64,000 nucleotides of DNA from Candidatus Fraserbacteria bacterium (GCA_947085185.1 CAMTVK010000019.1:13892-77891), one strand, 5' to 3'. Positions 18,221 through 28,784 are shown, counted from the first letter of the stretch. Numbers and translations: made by a program. Notes: generated from the sequence alone by a model not told the origin.

Positions 18221-19315
18221 TCACACTTCAATGAGCTTCTTCTTGGGCGCACCCGTCAGCACACGACAGCCCTGCTCTTCGACAACTGCGACGTCTTCGA
18301 TGCGCACCCCGCCCCATCCCGGCAGATAGATCCCAGGCTCGATCGTGACCACGTTGCCTGCCTGCAGCCTGTCTTTCCCCAAGGGCGACAGACGCGGGCT
18401 CTCATGCACATCGAGTCCCAAGCCGTGTCCGGTGCCATGCCCAAAATTCTTTTTGTACCCAGCCTGGGCAATCGTTTCCCGGGCGGGAGCGTCGGCTTGC
18501 TTGCTGGTCAGCCCCGCCCGTAAGTTTCTTATGGCGCGCTCTTGAGCCTCGAGCACGATCTTATAAATCTTCTTCTGCGCTGCACTAGCGCGGCCGACTA
18601 CGACCGTGCGTGTGAGATCTGCGCAGTAGTGGTCTACTTTCGCCCCCATGTCGAAGAGCACAAAATCGCCCTTCTGGACCTCTCGATCTTGGGGTTCATA
18701 ATGGGGCATAGCTGTCGTTATCCCCGTGGCGACGATGCTCTCGAACGCCAAGCCGTCGCCCCCGTGGGTGCGAATATATTGTTCGATCTCCCAAGCGAGC
18801 TCGCGCTCGGTTACCCCGGGCTTGACTCTGCCCAAGATGAACTCAAAAGCTTTATCAGTCAAACGAATAGCGCGCGCCATCGCTGCGATCTCGGAGTCAT
18901 CTTTCACGGTGCGCAACGTCTCGACGAACCCTACGACGGGCACGAGCTTCGCTCTTTTGAGCCTATCGCGCACCTGATGGAAGAGCCAGGTGCTGGTCGT
19001 CGGCGCGTTGATCCCAACGTTTTTGAGCTTGAGCTTTCTGATCTGTTGAGCGACGACGGTCGTCGCTCGACCCTTGAGTTCAGATATCTCGTAGCCGGAG
19101 ACGATCTCCCTCGCACGGGTGATGTAGCGAGAGTCAGTCAAGAAGATCTGACGGTCTTTGGTGACGATGAGGACACCAAACGACCCGCCAAAGCCCGTCA
19201 AATAATAGAGATTGGAACGATCGGAGCCCTCAATATTAATAAGACAGAACGCCTCAAGTCTTTTCCGTCGTAACTGATCACGAAGCCGCTCGAGACGAAC
19301 TGCATAGGCGTTCAT
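18221..19315 (-). CDS. pepP: M24 family Xaa-Pro aminopeptidase
   Basis: 364 aa. Metal ligands lie in the DFVLFDMGA...HGTGHGLGLDVHE context. Confidence 0.85.
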   Translation of the reverse strand: MNAYAVRLERLRDQLRRKRLEAFCLINIEGSDRSNLYYLTGFGGSFGVLIVTKDRQIFLTDSRYITRAREIVSGYEISELKGRATTVVAQQIRKLKLKNVGINAPTTSTWLFHQVRDRLKRAKLVPVVGFVETLRTVKDDSEIAAMARAIRLTDKAFEFILGRVKPGVTERELAWEIEQYIRTHGGDGLAFESIVATGITTAMPHYEPQDREVQKGDFVLFDMGAKVDHYCADLTRTVVVGRASAAQKKIYKIVLEAQERAIRNLRAGLTSKQADAPARETIAQAGYKKNFGHGTGHGLGLDVHESPRLSPLGKDRLQAGNVVTIEPGIYLPGWGGVRIEDVAVVEEQGCRVLTGAPKKKLIEV

Positions 19316-19526
19316 AGTGCAGCTGATTATATACGAAAACCTGGGCCGAGGCGAACAAGCAGGTCATGCCAGGACACCCGTCCCACGCCATCAAGACAAA
19401 TCGCCAGAGAGGTCTCGACAGCAGTCCTTCAGAAGCGGCTTCCTATCGCGTATAACAAAAACACTCAGCCGGAGCCTACGCCCTCTCTCCTCACCAAGGG
19501 CGAGGCCGGCACGGGGGAGGTGCGCC

Positions 19527-20681
19527 GTGGGCACGCCAAAGTTGGTCGTTGCCGTACTCGTGCTGGTTACGCTGGGTATCGTCATGGTCGCCAGCGCCAG
19601 CCTGCCCATCGCTGCCATCCGATACGAACAGCCCTCGTATCTGCTCATAAAACATCTCATCGCGCTCGCCGTGGGACTCTGCGTCTTCTGGATCTGTTGG
19701 CGTTTAGACTATCGAGTCTTCTTGAAGATAGATCATATTGTGCTGCTGGCAGCGCTGGGGTTGACCGCTCTGACGCTCGTTCCTGGGCTGTCCACGCGAG
19801 GGAGCTGGCTGCGCCTGCCTGGCCCATTCCAGCTCCAACCCACAGAATTCTTAAAGCTTGCTCTTGTTATCTCGTGTGCAGCCTTCTGCGTGCGCAAAGA
19901 AGATCGCCTCCACGAGTTCTCCGAAGGCGTCTTGCCTCCCCTCATAGTGACGACCCTCGCGGCCATGATGGCCCTCAAGCAGTCCGATTTCGCTATGGCG
20001 CTCATCTTCTTCCTCATTGTCTTCTGCATGCTCTTTCTCGGGGGTGCTCGGCTGGCGCATCTGGTCGGGATCGTGCTGGCGACCGTGCCCGCCCTGGCTG
20101 CCCTTGTTTGGCTCGCCCCCTATCGCTTCGGACGAGTGCTCGCTTTTCTCGATCCGTTCAAATATAGCACAACTGAGGGCTACCAGTTGGTGCAGTCACT
20201 GACAGCGATCGGATCTGGGGGCCTGATGGGGCGCGGCTTGGGGGAAAGCCGCGGGAAATTGCTCTTCCTGCCAGAGCCGCACAACGATTTTATCTTCTCC
20301 ATTATTGGGGAGGAGCTCGGGCTGATCGGCGGTTTCATCGTGCTCGGGCTGTTCGCGTATCTGACATGGGGGGGATATCTCATTGCGTCGCGGGCAGCGG
20401 ACCGGTTCGGAAGATTGCTCGCAGGAGGGATCACTGTTACTCTTGCGGCGCAAGCGTGTATCAACCTCGGGGTCACCACGGGGATCTTGCCCGTCACCGG
20501 CCTGACCCTGCCGTTCATCAGCTACGGCGGCTCATCGTTGATCGTCTCACTGGCTATGGTTGGGATTCTTGGCAACATCTCACGAAAGGGCTCGCATGTT
20601 GAGAGTCGTCGTCTGTGGGGGCGGGACGGGGGGACATCTCTATCCCGCCCTCGCGATTTTGGAAGGGTTGCGGCACGCTGA
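19527..20681 (+). CDS. ftsW: SEDS-family peptidoglycan glycosyltransferase FtsW
   Basis: GGGGGAGG ribosome-binding site 6 nt before GTG 19527. VGTPKLVVAVLVLVTLGIVMVASAS..., ten transmembrane segments. The 3' end overlaps murG. Confidence 0.8.
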   Translation: MGTPKLVVAVLVLVTLGIVMVASASLPIAAIRYEQPSYLLIKHLIALAVGLCVFWICWRLDYRVFLKIDHIVLLAALGLTALTLVPGLSTRGSWLRLPGPFQLQPTEFLKLALVISCAAFCVRKEDRLHEFSEGVLPPLIVTTLAAMMALKQSDFAMALIFFLIVFCMLFLGGARLAHLVGIVLATVPALAALVWLAPYRFGRVLAFLDPFKYSTTEGYQLVQSLTAIGSGGLMGRGLGESRGKLLFLPEPHNDFIFSIIGEELGLIGGFIVLGLFAYLTWGGYLIASRAADRFGRLLAGGITVTLAAQACINLGVTTGILPVTGLTLPFISYGGSSLIVSLAMVGILGNISRKGSHVESRRLWGRDGGTSLSRPRDFGRVAAR

Positions 20682-21747
20682 GCCAAACGCGCGGCTTGTG
20701 TACGTGGGGAGCCGTTACGGACTCGAGGCCACCGTGATGCCGCGCTACAGATGGGTTGAGTTCTATAAGCTCCCCATCCGCGGGATCGCGCGGCCAGGGC
20801 AACGCCCCTGGTGGTTCTGCTGGGCGCTGCTCGCCCTCTTCCAGCTTCCCATCGCGCTCGCGCAAGCACTTCTGATCGTCCTTAGACAGAGACCCCATCT
20901 GATCATCGGCGTTGGGGGCTATGGGGCGTTTGCGCCTGTGCTCTGGGGAATTCTTCTGGGGATCCCGATCTTCTTGCACGAACAGAATTCTGTTCCGGGG
21001 ATAGTGACGCGGCTCTTTGCCCCGTGGGCGAGCAAAGTCTTTCTCACTTACCCACAGACAGCCCGCTATCTGCGAGCGCGCCATGTCGTCGTGACCGGGC
21101 TTCCCATCCGCCCAGAGGTGCTGTCGGCCCGCCCCGACCCCCAGCGGTTCGGCCTGCACCAAGACATAAAAACTGTGCTCGTCTTCGGCGGCAGCCGGGG
21201 ATCCCAGCTCTTAACCGAAACGGCCTGTGAGACAGCGCGCTCTCTAAGTACAGTCCAGTTTCTCATCGTCACGGGATCTTCTTCCCAATCTCCCTGCCCT
21301 CCAAGGGAGAGCCTTGGGGAGAGAGTAGTTCTTGTTCCATACATTCACGAGATGGGCACAGCGCTCTCCACCGCTGATCTTGTGATCTGTCGCGCGGGGG
21401 CAGGGACGCTTGCCGAGCTTGCTGCCTTGCGCAAGCCCGCTATTGTCGTCCCTTGGCCAGGCGCAGCCGCTTCGCACCAGATGGCCAATGCCAACTCTCT
21501 CGCCCATCTCGGCTTGTTCTCTGTAGTGCCAGAGTCCGAACTCACCCCTCAACGACTCGTTGAGGAGATCACAACAGCGCTGCAACGACACGCTGCACTC
21601 TCATCCCATCGAGAGACTCAGCCTCCGGCAGCGCTCACCCATATCCTGCGCGAGGTGTTTTCCGATGCGACCAGAACATACGACACATCTGCACTTTATC
21701 GGAATCGGCGGCGACGGCATGAGTGGGTTGGCCAAAGTCTATTCTGA
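20596..21747 (+). CDS. murG: undecaprenyldiphospho-muramoylpentapeptide beta-N-acetylglucosaminyltransferase
   Basis: MLRVVVCGGGTGGHLYPALAI... Confidence 0.85.
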   Translation: MLRVVVCGGGTGGHLYPALAILEGLRHAEPNARLVYVGSRYGLEATVMPRYRWVEFYKLPIRGIARPGQRPWWFCWALLALFQLPIALAQALLIVLRQRPHLIIGVGGYGAFAPVLWGILLGIPIFLHEQNSVPGIVTRLFAPWASKVFLTYPQTARYLRARHVVVTGLPIRPEVLSARPDPQRFGLHQDIKTVLVFGGSRGSQLLTETACETARSLSTVQFLIVTGSSSQSPCPPRESLGERVVLVPYIHEMGTALSTADLVICRAGAGTLAELAALRKPAIVVPWPGAAASHQMANANSLAHLGLFSVVPESELTPQRLVEEITTALQRHAALSSHRETQPPAALTHILREVFSDATRTYDTSALYRNRRRRHEWVGQSLF

Positions 21748-23074
21748 GCTGGGGTTCCGCATCACCGGGTGCAACCTCGAAGAGAACCAGCGCACCCGGC
21801 AGCTGCGCGCCCTGGGCGTGCCCGTGGCTATTGGGCACTCGTCGGACCATCTCCAGAGCGCTACGCACGTCATCGTCTCCTCGGCCATCCCTCCAGATAC
21901 TAAAGAATTGCTCGAAGCCCAACGCTTGGGCCTGCCGATCCTCCATCGCCTCGAGCTGCTGCACGAGCTCACCACACAACGCTTCACCATTGGGGTTGCC
22001 GGCACCCACGGCAAGACGACCACCGCCGCGATGATCGCCACGGTGCTCGAGCGCGCTTGGCTCGATCCCACGTTTGTCATCGGTGCGGCCTCTCCGACGT
22101 TGGGCACTCATGCCCGCTTGGGCATGGGCCCCCATCTCGTCGCGGAAGTGTGCGAGAGCGATGGGCATTTTTTAAAGCTCCACCCGCAGATCGCCGTGAT
22201 TACGAACATCGGTCGAGATCATTTGAATTTCTATGGCAGCGCACAAGCGCTTTGGGCGAGTTTCACCCAATTTGCTCACCAGAGCGATCTGTGCATCGCG
22301 TGCGCCGACGACCCCGGAGCCCGACGCGCCGTCATCGAGGGAGGGGCTCGTCTCTCCATGCCCCTCACCTACAGCATCGAGTGCCCTGCAGACTTGGTCG
22401 CCCATGATATTGTGTTTCATCAATTTCACACGGCGTTTGAGATCTCATGGCGGGGACGCCATGTGGGGCACGTCGAGCTCTTGCACGCCCCTGGCATACA
22501 TAACGTCTATAATGCATTAGCAGCTCTGCTAGTAGGCCGTCAGCTTGGCCTCTCTTTTGCTGATATGGCCGCGCATCTGAGAGACTTCCAGCTCCCAGAA
22601 AGACGCTTCCAAGTGCTCATCAATAATGGGATCACCGTCGTGGATGACTACGCCCATCTTCCCGAACAGATCCAGCGCAACCTCCAAGCGATCCGCCAAA
22701 GCTGGCATCCCGCACGGATCGTCGCGCTCTTCCAGCCCCACCGCTTCACCCGCACGTATTATCTGGGTCGGGAGTTCAGCACGGCATTCGATCTCGCAGA
22801 TACGGTCATCCTGACAGATATCTACCCGGCATTCGAGCGCCCCATCCCCGGCGTGGACGTCGGACTCATTCTCGAGGCCCTGCGCCGTCGGCACCACGCT
22901 GTCGTGTACGTGCCGCGCGGGAAGGATTTCGTGCACCGGCTCAAGGAGCTCTTACGCCCCGGCGATTTCGTCATCGGCTTTGGTGCCGGGGACTTAGGAG
23001 CGGAGCTGCATCGGTTCGCTCGCGCTTGGAATCAGAAAGATCAGGAGGACTCTCATGAAGCTTCGGGAGAGTAA
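21665..23074 (+). CDS. murC: UDP-N-acetylmuramate--L-alanine ligase
   Basis: LHFIGIGGDGMSGLA...GVAGTHGKTTT. Confidence 0.9.
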   Translation: MRPEHTTHLHFIGIGGDGMSGLAKVYSELGFRITGCNLEENQRTRQLRALGVPVAIGHSSDHLQSATHVIVSSAIPPDTKELLEAQRLGLPILHRLELLHELTTQRFTIGVAGTHGKTTTAAMIATVLERAWLDPTFVIGAASPTLGTHARLGMGPHLVAEVCESDGHFLKLHPQIAVITNIGRDHLNFYGSAQALWASFTQFAHQSDLCIACADDPGARRAVIEGGARLSMPLTYSIECPADLVAHDIVFHQFHTAFEISWRGRHVGHVELLHAPGIHNVYNALAALLVGRQLGLSFADMAAHLRDFQLPERRFQVLINNGITVVDDYAHLPEQIQRNLQAIRQSWHPARIVALFQPHRFTRTYYLGREFSTAFDLADTVILTDIYPAFERPIPGVDVGLILEALRRRHHAVVYVPRGKDFVHRLKELLRPGDFVIGFGAGDLGAELHRFARAWNQKDQEDSHEASGE

Positions 23075-23960
23075 GCTCTGCGAAGAGCTTCAGAGCCGCC
23101 TCCAAGGGGTCGTCAAAACTCATGAACCCTTGGCACGACATACATCGTTGCGGATCGGCGGCCCGGCAGATTACTTTGTCATTCCCGCTTCGCTCGAAGA
23201 TATCTTGGAGACGCTCGATTTTGCCGGTGAGCACGGCTTGCCGTGGATCGTCCTGGGGAATGGTACCAACGTGCTCTTCCCCGACGAGGGCTATCGAGGA
23301 GTTGTTCTGAAGTTGGGGCCAAGCCTAGGCCGCATCGAACTCCACGAAGACAGAGTGCGCGCCCAAGCGGGAGCCAGCTTGGCCGCCCTGATCTCCCGTG
23401 TTCGTTCTTTGGGGTTGCGCGATCTGGACTTTTTAGTGGGCATCCCTGGCAGCGTCGGTGGCGCTCTCGTCATGAATGCTGGCATCCCCGAGGGGGCTGT
23501 CTCCGACGTGGTCACCAGGGTGGGGGCATTGACTTTTGACAAAAAATTGATTACTCTTACTCCCGAGGAATGTCGCTTCGGCTACCGATCGAGCCGGTTT
23601 CAGGAGGAACGGCTGATCGTGATCGAGGGAGAGTTTGCCTTGGGAAGAGGGAAATCCTGGGATGGTGAGGAGTTACTGAGACGACGCAAGGAGCGCCAGC
23701 CCTTGGGGGTGCCCAGCCCCGGCTGCGTCTTCCGTAACCCGGTGGGGGTGAAGGCCACCGCCGGGCAGCTCATCGAGCGCGCGGGGTTGAAGGGATACCG
23801 GGTAGGCGGCGCGAGTATTTCCGTAAAGCATGCGAACTTTATCGTCAATGAAGGGGGGGCGACCAGTCGAGATGTCCTCCAGCTAATTGACATCGCCCGG
23901 TCGGTTGTGCTTAAATATTGGGGGGTGGAGTTACAGCTGGAGCTCGCCGTCGTCGCCTGA
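23055..23960 (+). CDS. murB: UDP-N-acetylenolpyruvoylglucosamine reductase
   Basis: LARHTSLRIGGPADYFV...LGNGTNVLF (FAD-binding domain). Confidence 0.85.
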   Translation: MKLRESKLCEELQSRLQGVVKTHEPLARHTSLRIGGPADYFVIPASLEDILETLDFAGEHGLPWIVLGNGTNVLFPDEGYRGVVLKLGPSLGRIELHEDRVRAQAGASLAALISRVRSLGLRDLDFLVGIPGSVGGALVMNAGIPEGAVSDVVTRVGALTFDKKLITLTPEECRFGYRSSRFQEERLIVIEGEFALGRGKSWDGEELLRRRKERQPLGVPSPGCVFRNPVGVKATAGQLIERAGLKGYRVGGASISVKHANFIVNEGGATSRDVLQLIDIARSVVLKYWGVELQLELAVVA

Positions 23961-24655
23961 ACGATGTGCGGCGGTTGATCATACAAGCGAGCATCGGGCT
24001 CTTGCTCGGCGTCTTGGCAGCCAGTCGCGTGCCGTGGCAGGAGTATATAGCCGTACGAGAGATCGCCGTCAAGGGTGGTGAGAGGATCCAAGCCGAGGCG
24101 GTCCTGCAGAGATTTCCGATCCAAATCGGAATGAATTGGCTGACGGCCGACACCGAGGCCGCGCGGCAGGCCCTCTTGCGTCTCCCTCCCGTCCGTGAAG
24201 CGCAAGTCGCGCGAGCCCTGTGGGGACGTATTCTCGTCACCATTCACGAACGGGAGCCGCTGGCCGTCGTCCAGCTGGGCAAACAGCTCTTCTGGATGGA
24301 CACCGAAGGAGTCCTCTACCACCAGGCTGAGCAGGCGTTTGGGCCGGTTCTCCTCGAACCAGATGTGCAAGAGACCGAGCGCGGCCCACGCCTGGCCGAT
24401 CTCTTCTTGCTCGTGCCCCTCAGCGCCCTGATGGCCGCGCCGGGGGATTTCTTGAATCGTATCTCTACTGTGCGTTTTGAAGGGAGCTCTATGAGAGTGT
24501 CTCTGCGGAATGGCCCTGACGTCTGGCTGAACGCCTACGACGTGCGGGGGGAATTGCCACGCCTGCAACGGGTGTTGCGCGCGCTGGCCGCTCACAAGCT
24601 GCAGACGGTGGACCTGCGCTTTGAGCGCCTAGTCGTCGTTCGCAAAAGACGGTGA
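23918..24655 (+). CDS. ftsQ: cell division protein FtsQ/DivIB (POTRA)
   Basis: Membrane anchor followed by a POTRA-like region. Lies between murB and ftsA. Confidence 0.7.
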   Translation: MGGGVTAGARRRRLNDVRRLIIQASIGLLLGVLAASRVPWQEYIAVREIAVKGGERIQAEAVLQRFPIQIGMNWLTADTEAARQALLRLPPVREAQVARALWGRILVTIHEREPLAVVQLGKQLFWMDTEGVLYHQAEQAFGPVLLEPDVQETERGPRLADLFLLVPLSALMAAPGDFLNRISTVRFEGSSMRVSLRNGPDVWLNAYDVRGELPRLQRVLRALAAHKLQTVDLRFERLVVVRKRR

Positions 24656-24670
24656 GGTGGTGATCTGGGA

Positions 24671-25933
24671 ATGGGGGAGATCATTGTTGGCTTGGACATT
24701 GGCACCACGAAAGTCGTTGCCCTCGTCTGCAACGTCGAGGACTCGCACATCGAGATCATTGGGATGGGCAAAGCCCCATCTCGCGGGCTCGAGAAGGGCG
24801 TAGTCGTAGACATCGGCGAGACCACAGCTTCGATTAAGCGCGCCATCGAAGAAGCCGAGAACATGGCCGATGTCAAGATCGAGCGCGTCTACGCGGGCAT
24901 CGCGGGAAAACACATCTCTTCGATCAACAACTCTGGGACCGTCTCGATCTCGCGGGACACAAAGATCATTACACTCGATGACGTGCAACGGGTGATCGAC
25001 ACCGCGCAGGCCGTGCAGATCACCCCAGACAGCCAGCTCATCCACGTCATCCCCAGGCAGTATATCGTCGACGGACAAGAGGGAATCACGGACCCCGTCG
25101 GTATGACCGGGACTCGGCTCGAAGTGGACGTGCACATCGTGACCGGCTCGATCACAGCTGTGCATAATATTCGACGCTGCGTGGAAAACCTTGGGATCGA
25201 AGTCGAGCAGATCGTGCTCCAGCCATTGGCCAGCAGTTATGCGATCTTGAACGAGGCCGAAAAAGAGCTTGGCGTCGCCCTGATGGACATCGGGGGCGGG
25301 ACGACCGATATCGCGATCTTCCGCGGCGGCGACATCTGGTTCAGCAAGATCCTGCCCATCGCCGGAGAGCATATCACCAACGACATCGCAGTAGGCCTGC
25401 GAGTCAGCTACGAAGAGGCCGAACGCATCAAGATCCAAGAGGGCCTCCCCAGAATCCTCGACGAAGCCGCCGAAGAAGAACGCATCGAGATCACGACGAT
25501 CAGCGAAGAGAAGAAGCTCATCGCCAAGAGAAAGCTCGCGAAGATCATCGAGCCCAGGCTCGAAGAGCTGTTTGATCTCGCCATGGGAGAGATCGAGAAC
25601 GTCGGGTATCGCGATCTCATCCCTGCGGGGATCGTCCTGACCGGCGGAACTTCGCTGTTGAAAGGGCTCCCGGAGTTCGTCTCCGAGCGCTACGACATCT
25701 CGGTGCGCCGGGGGAGGAACCCTCAGGGGATTCACGGATTGCGAGACATCGTCGAGAGCCCCGTGTATTCTACAGTGATCGGCCTGGTGAAGTACGCCGT
25801 GGAATCGAAGGAGTATCTGCACCGGTTTGGCGAATATTCTAGGCCTCGCTCGTGGGGGATCACCCGCAACCGGGGTTTCTCTGGGCTTTTGGGGAAGTTA
25901 CTGCGCTGGTTCACCCGATTCTTCCGAGGTTAG
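24671..25933 (+). CDS. ftsA: cell division protein FtsA
   Basis: MGEIIVGLDIGTTKVVALV...DIGGGTTDIAIF (actin-fold motifs). Confidence 0.9.
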   Translation: MGEIIVGLDIGTTKVVALVCNVEDSHIEIIGMGKAPSRGLEKGVVVDIGETTASIKRAIEEAENMADVKIERVYAGIAGKHISSINNSGTVSISRDTKIITLDDVQRVIDTAQAVQITPDSQLIHVIPRQYIVDGQEGITDPVGMTGTRLEVDVHIVTGSITAVHNIRRCVENLGIEVEQIVLQPLASSYAILNEAEKELGVALMDIGGGTTDIAIFRGGDIWFSKILPIAGEHITNDIAVGLRVSYEEAERIKIQEGLPRILDEAAEEERIEITTISEEKKLIAKRKLAKIIEPRLEELFDLAMGEIENVGYRDLIPAGIVLTGGTSLLKGLPEFVSERYDISVRRGRNPQGIHGLRDIVESPVYSTVIGLVKYAVESKEYLHRFGEYSRPRSWGITRNRGFSGLLGKLLRWFTRFFRG

Positions 25934-25942
25934 GGGGTCTGT

Positions 25943-27022
25943 ATGGGCCGCAACGGGTTGGCACGGATCAAAGTGATCGGCGTTGGAGGCGGGGGCGGCA
26001 ACGCCGTGGACCGCATGAAGAAAGCCAAAGTCAAAGACGTCGAACTGATCGTGGTCAACACCGACGCACAGGTGCTTTCGATCATAGAAGCCGATCGGAC
26101 TGTGCAGATTGGGGCGAAGCTCACCGCGGGATTGGGGGCTGGGGGAAACCCTGAGATTGGACGGAAGGCCGCAGAAGAGTCTGAAGCTGAGCTTGCAGAG
26201 CTGCTCGAAGACACCGATATGGTCTTCCTCACCGTAGGGATGGGTGGGGGCACGGGGACCGGGGCCTCGCCGGTGATCGCGCGGCTGGCCCGCGAGGCCG
26301 GCATCTTGACCGTCGCTATCGTCACCAAGCCCTTCTCGTTTGAGGGGCGGCTCCGAGCAGAGCGCGCCAAAAAGGGCATCGAAGAGCTCCGCCAATACGT
26401 GGACACGCTCATCGCTATCCCCAATGATCGTCTGCTGAAGGTCGCCCCCCCCGATATGCCCTTGGTGAAAGCATTCGAGCTGGCCGACGACATCTTGCGC
26501 CAGGGGGTGCAAGGCATCTCAGATCTGATTACGACCCCAGGGATGATCAATCTCGACTTTGCCGACGTCGAAGCGACGATGCGTAACGCCGGGACGGCCC
26601 TCATGGGTATCGGCGAAGGGGAGGGCGAAAATCGCACCCGCGACGCGGCCCGCAACGCCATCACCAGCCCCCTCCTAGAGGGATCCATCGAAGGGGCTCA
26701 AAAACTCATCTTAAATATTACGGGAGGGCCGGATCTCTCGCTCGAAGAGGTGACCGAGGCCGCATCGCTCGTACAAGACACGCTCTCCGACCAAGCCGAT
26801 ATCTTCTTTGGCGCGGTCGTGCGCGAGGGCTACGACCGAGTGCGGATCACCGTGATCGCCACAGGGTTCAAAGAGCACGAAGAGCTCTCCAAAGAAGAGA
26901 AGATCGAGCGCGGCATAGACGACGAAGAAGAGATGATCGAGAAGGTCGAGCGCAGCATCCGCAAGGCCCATTCCGACGATTGGGACATCCCCACATTCTT
27001 ACGCAAGCGCAAGAACGATTAG
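25943..27022 (+). CDS. ftsZ: cell division GTPase FtsZ
   Basis: IKVIGVGGGGGNAVDRM, GGGTGTGASPVIA. Confidence 0.95.
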   Translation: MGRNGLARIKVIGVGGGGGNAVDRMKKAKVKDVELIVVNTDAQVLSIIEADRTVQIGAKLTAGLGAGGNPEIGRKAAEESEAELAELLEDTDMVFLTVGMGGGTGTGASPVIARLAREAGILTVAIVTKPFSFEGRLRAERAKKGIEELRQYVDTLIAIPNDRLLKVAPPDMPLVKAFELADDILRQGVQGISDLITTPGMINLDFADVEATMRNAGTALMGIGEGEGENRTRDAARNAITSPLLEGSIEGAQKLILNITGGPDLSLEEVTEAASLVQDTLSDQADIFFGAVVREGYDRVRITVIATGFKEHEELSKEEKIERGIDDEEEMIEKVERSIRKAHSDDWDIPTFLRKRKND

Positions 27023-28149
27023 AAGTCCATTCTGATGGGCATACAGACGTATAAGAAGCCCTGATCCGCTTCGCTGTCCCCTGGCTCAAGCAGCCCGGCA
27101 CTCTCCGCATCCGCCACCCACAGATGCACTTCATCGCTCTGGAGACGCTTGAGCGCATCTATGAGATACTCCGCGCGAAAGCTGATCTTTATAGCTTGGG
27201 CCTTCTTTTTGAGGGGCAGCACCTCGCGGGCTTCGCCCTTCTCCGCTGCTTGAGAGCTGAGCACAAGCTGCGAGTCCTCGACGCTCAAGATGACCGCATT
27301 CGACTCCTCCGCAGCAGTGATCTGTGCCCGCTGCAACGCTTCTAAGAAGAGCTTTCTGTCGAGAGAGAGTCCAATGGGATTTTCTTTGGGGATGACCTTC
27401 TCAAAGTCGGGATAGGCCTCTTCAATGAGCCGCCCCACGAAGACCACCGAGCCGACTTTAAAGAAGAGATAATTTTCAGCGTGATAGAGTTCCGCGTGCT
27501 CGGCATCGAGCTGTGCCATAATACTAACGAGATCGCGCAGGGAGTCCGCGGCGACCAAAAACTCCCCCTCACGAGAGGCCTTCTGCACCAAAGACTCCGC
27601 TTTGAGCGCCAGACGATACCCGTTCGTCGCTACGACCTTGAGCGTCTCTTTCTCAAGGACTATATTGACCCCCGTCAGGCTCAACCGAGACGTCTCGCGC
27701 GCCGACAGCGCCGCATACACGACCAGCTCTAAGCTGCGCTCAAGCTGCTTCTTCCCCACCGTGCAGATGGGCTTCTCCGGCAGCGCTGGGACTTCAGGGT
27801 AGTCCTCCAACGACAGCCGAAAGAGATCGAACGTCGCCCCACCGGAGGTGAGCTCGACTTTCCCCGTGCCGGAGATCGTCTTCAGCTCTACGGTCTCTGC
27901 CGGCAGGGTGCTAGCGATCTTCACCAGCAATTCGCCGTTGAGCACAAGTGCCTCGTCTCCTCCACGGTTCTCTATGGGGACGGAGCACCACAGAGCCCGC
28001 TCCAAGTCGGTCGCGTAGAGCATGAGCTGATGTTTTTTGGTCTCCAGCTTCAGCCCCGCTAAGATGGGCATGCTCGTGGCTTTCCCTAAAGCCCGGCTGA
28101 CGATCTTGACCCCAGAGAGAAATTCATTCCGTCTGCATGAAAACTCCAT
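27019..28149 (-). CDS. dnaN: DNA polymerase III beta sliding clamp
   Basis: MEFSCRRNEFLSGVKIVSRALG...MPIRMDF. Three-domain clamp length (376 aa). Confidence 0.8.
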   Translation of the reverse strand: MEFSCRRNEFLSGVKIVSRALGKATSMPILAGLKLETKKHQLMLYATDLERALWCSVPIENRGGDEALVLNGELLVKIASTLPAETVELKTISGTGKVELTSGGATFDLFRLSLEDYPEVPALPEKPICTVGKKQLERSLELVVYAALSARETSRLSLTGVNIVLEKETLKVVATNGYRLALKAESLVQKASREGEFLVAADSLRDLVSIMAQLDAEHAELYHAENYLFFKVGSVVFVGRLIEEAYPDFEKVIPKENPIGLSLDRKLFLEALQRAQITAAEESNAVILSVEDSQLVLSSQAAEKGEAREVLPLKKKAQAIKISFRAEYLIDALKRLQSDEVHLWVADAESAGLLEPGDSEADQGFLYVCMPIRMDF

Positions 28150-28151
28150 AC

Positions 28152-28784
28152 TTACTCGTTCCCTCCTTGTCGGTGCAGAAGCGACTGAACGATTTCCCAA
28201 ATCTGTTCCGCCAGCTCTTGGGCCGGGCGCGTCGCATCGAGCAAGACGCTGCGCGGGATCTTGTGCGCAAGTTCACAATATCCCTGCCGCACGCGCTCGT
28301 GAAATGCTCGCCCCGCTCGCTCCAACCGATCGAACGCCTCCCTCTTGCGCGCCCGTGCCAGCTCGATGGGAAGATCGAGAATGATCGTGAGAGACGGCTC
28401 TATCCCATCGGTGGCTATCTCGTTCAAGTGCTGCACGAGAGCGAAGTCGAGGCCGCGACCATAGCTCTGATACGCCAAGCTCGCCAAAGCGAAGCGGTCC
28501 GAAAGCACCACGCGCCCGTCTTTGAGCGCCGGACGGAGCACCGCACGGGTCAGCTCGCTGCGCGAGGCCTCATAGAGCAAAAGCTCCGTCATGGGGTCCA
28601 TCTCCAACGGGCGCTCCAGCACAATCTGCCTGATCTGCTCCCCCACAGGGGTAGACCCAGGCTCACGAAGCACAAGGGCCTCGATGCCGTACCCGCGCAA
28701 ACGCTCTTGTAACGCGTGAATCTGCGTAGATTTCCCGCTGCCATCAATCCCCTCAAACACAATGAAGACGCCCTCATGGCTCAT
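28152..28784 (-). CDS. tmk: thymidylate kinase
   Basis: FIVFEGIDGSGKSTQ. Confidence 0.9.
   Translation of the reverse strand: MSHEGVFIVFEGIDGSGKSTQIHALQERLRGYGIEALVLREPGSTPVGEQIRQIVLERPLEMDPMTELLLYEASRSELTRAVLRPALKDGRVVLSDRFALASLAYQSYGRGLDFALVQHLNEIATDGIEPSLTIILDLPIELARARKREAFDRLERAGRAFHERVRQGYCELAHKIPRSVLLDATRPAQELAEQIWEIVQSLLHRQGGNE

Noticed and set aside
19317-19526. N-terminal 70-codon extension of ftsW from ATG 19317 (MQLIIYENLGRGEQAGH...).
   Set aside because: The extension is Arg/Ser/Pro-rich and non-membrane, and it covers the divergent pepP promoter region. A GGGGGAGG ribosome-binding site precedes GTG 19527, where the first transmembrane helix begins.
20554-21162. Long antisense ORFs inside confirmed genes. 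Examples: 20554-21162 minus in murG, 24629-25822 minus in ftsA, 25930-26688 minus in ftsZ, 16636-17199 minus in hutU, 18542-19273 plus in pepP, 41475-42584 minus in the adhesin, 46416-47069 minus in ggt, 55783-56541 minus in S8, 62038-62694 minus in the FtsX gene.
   Set aside because: High-GC genomes produce long stop-free antisense frames. These translations are low-complexity Arg/Pro/Ala-rich with no motifs, and each fully overlaps a well-supported gene.
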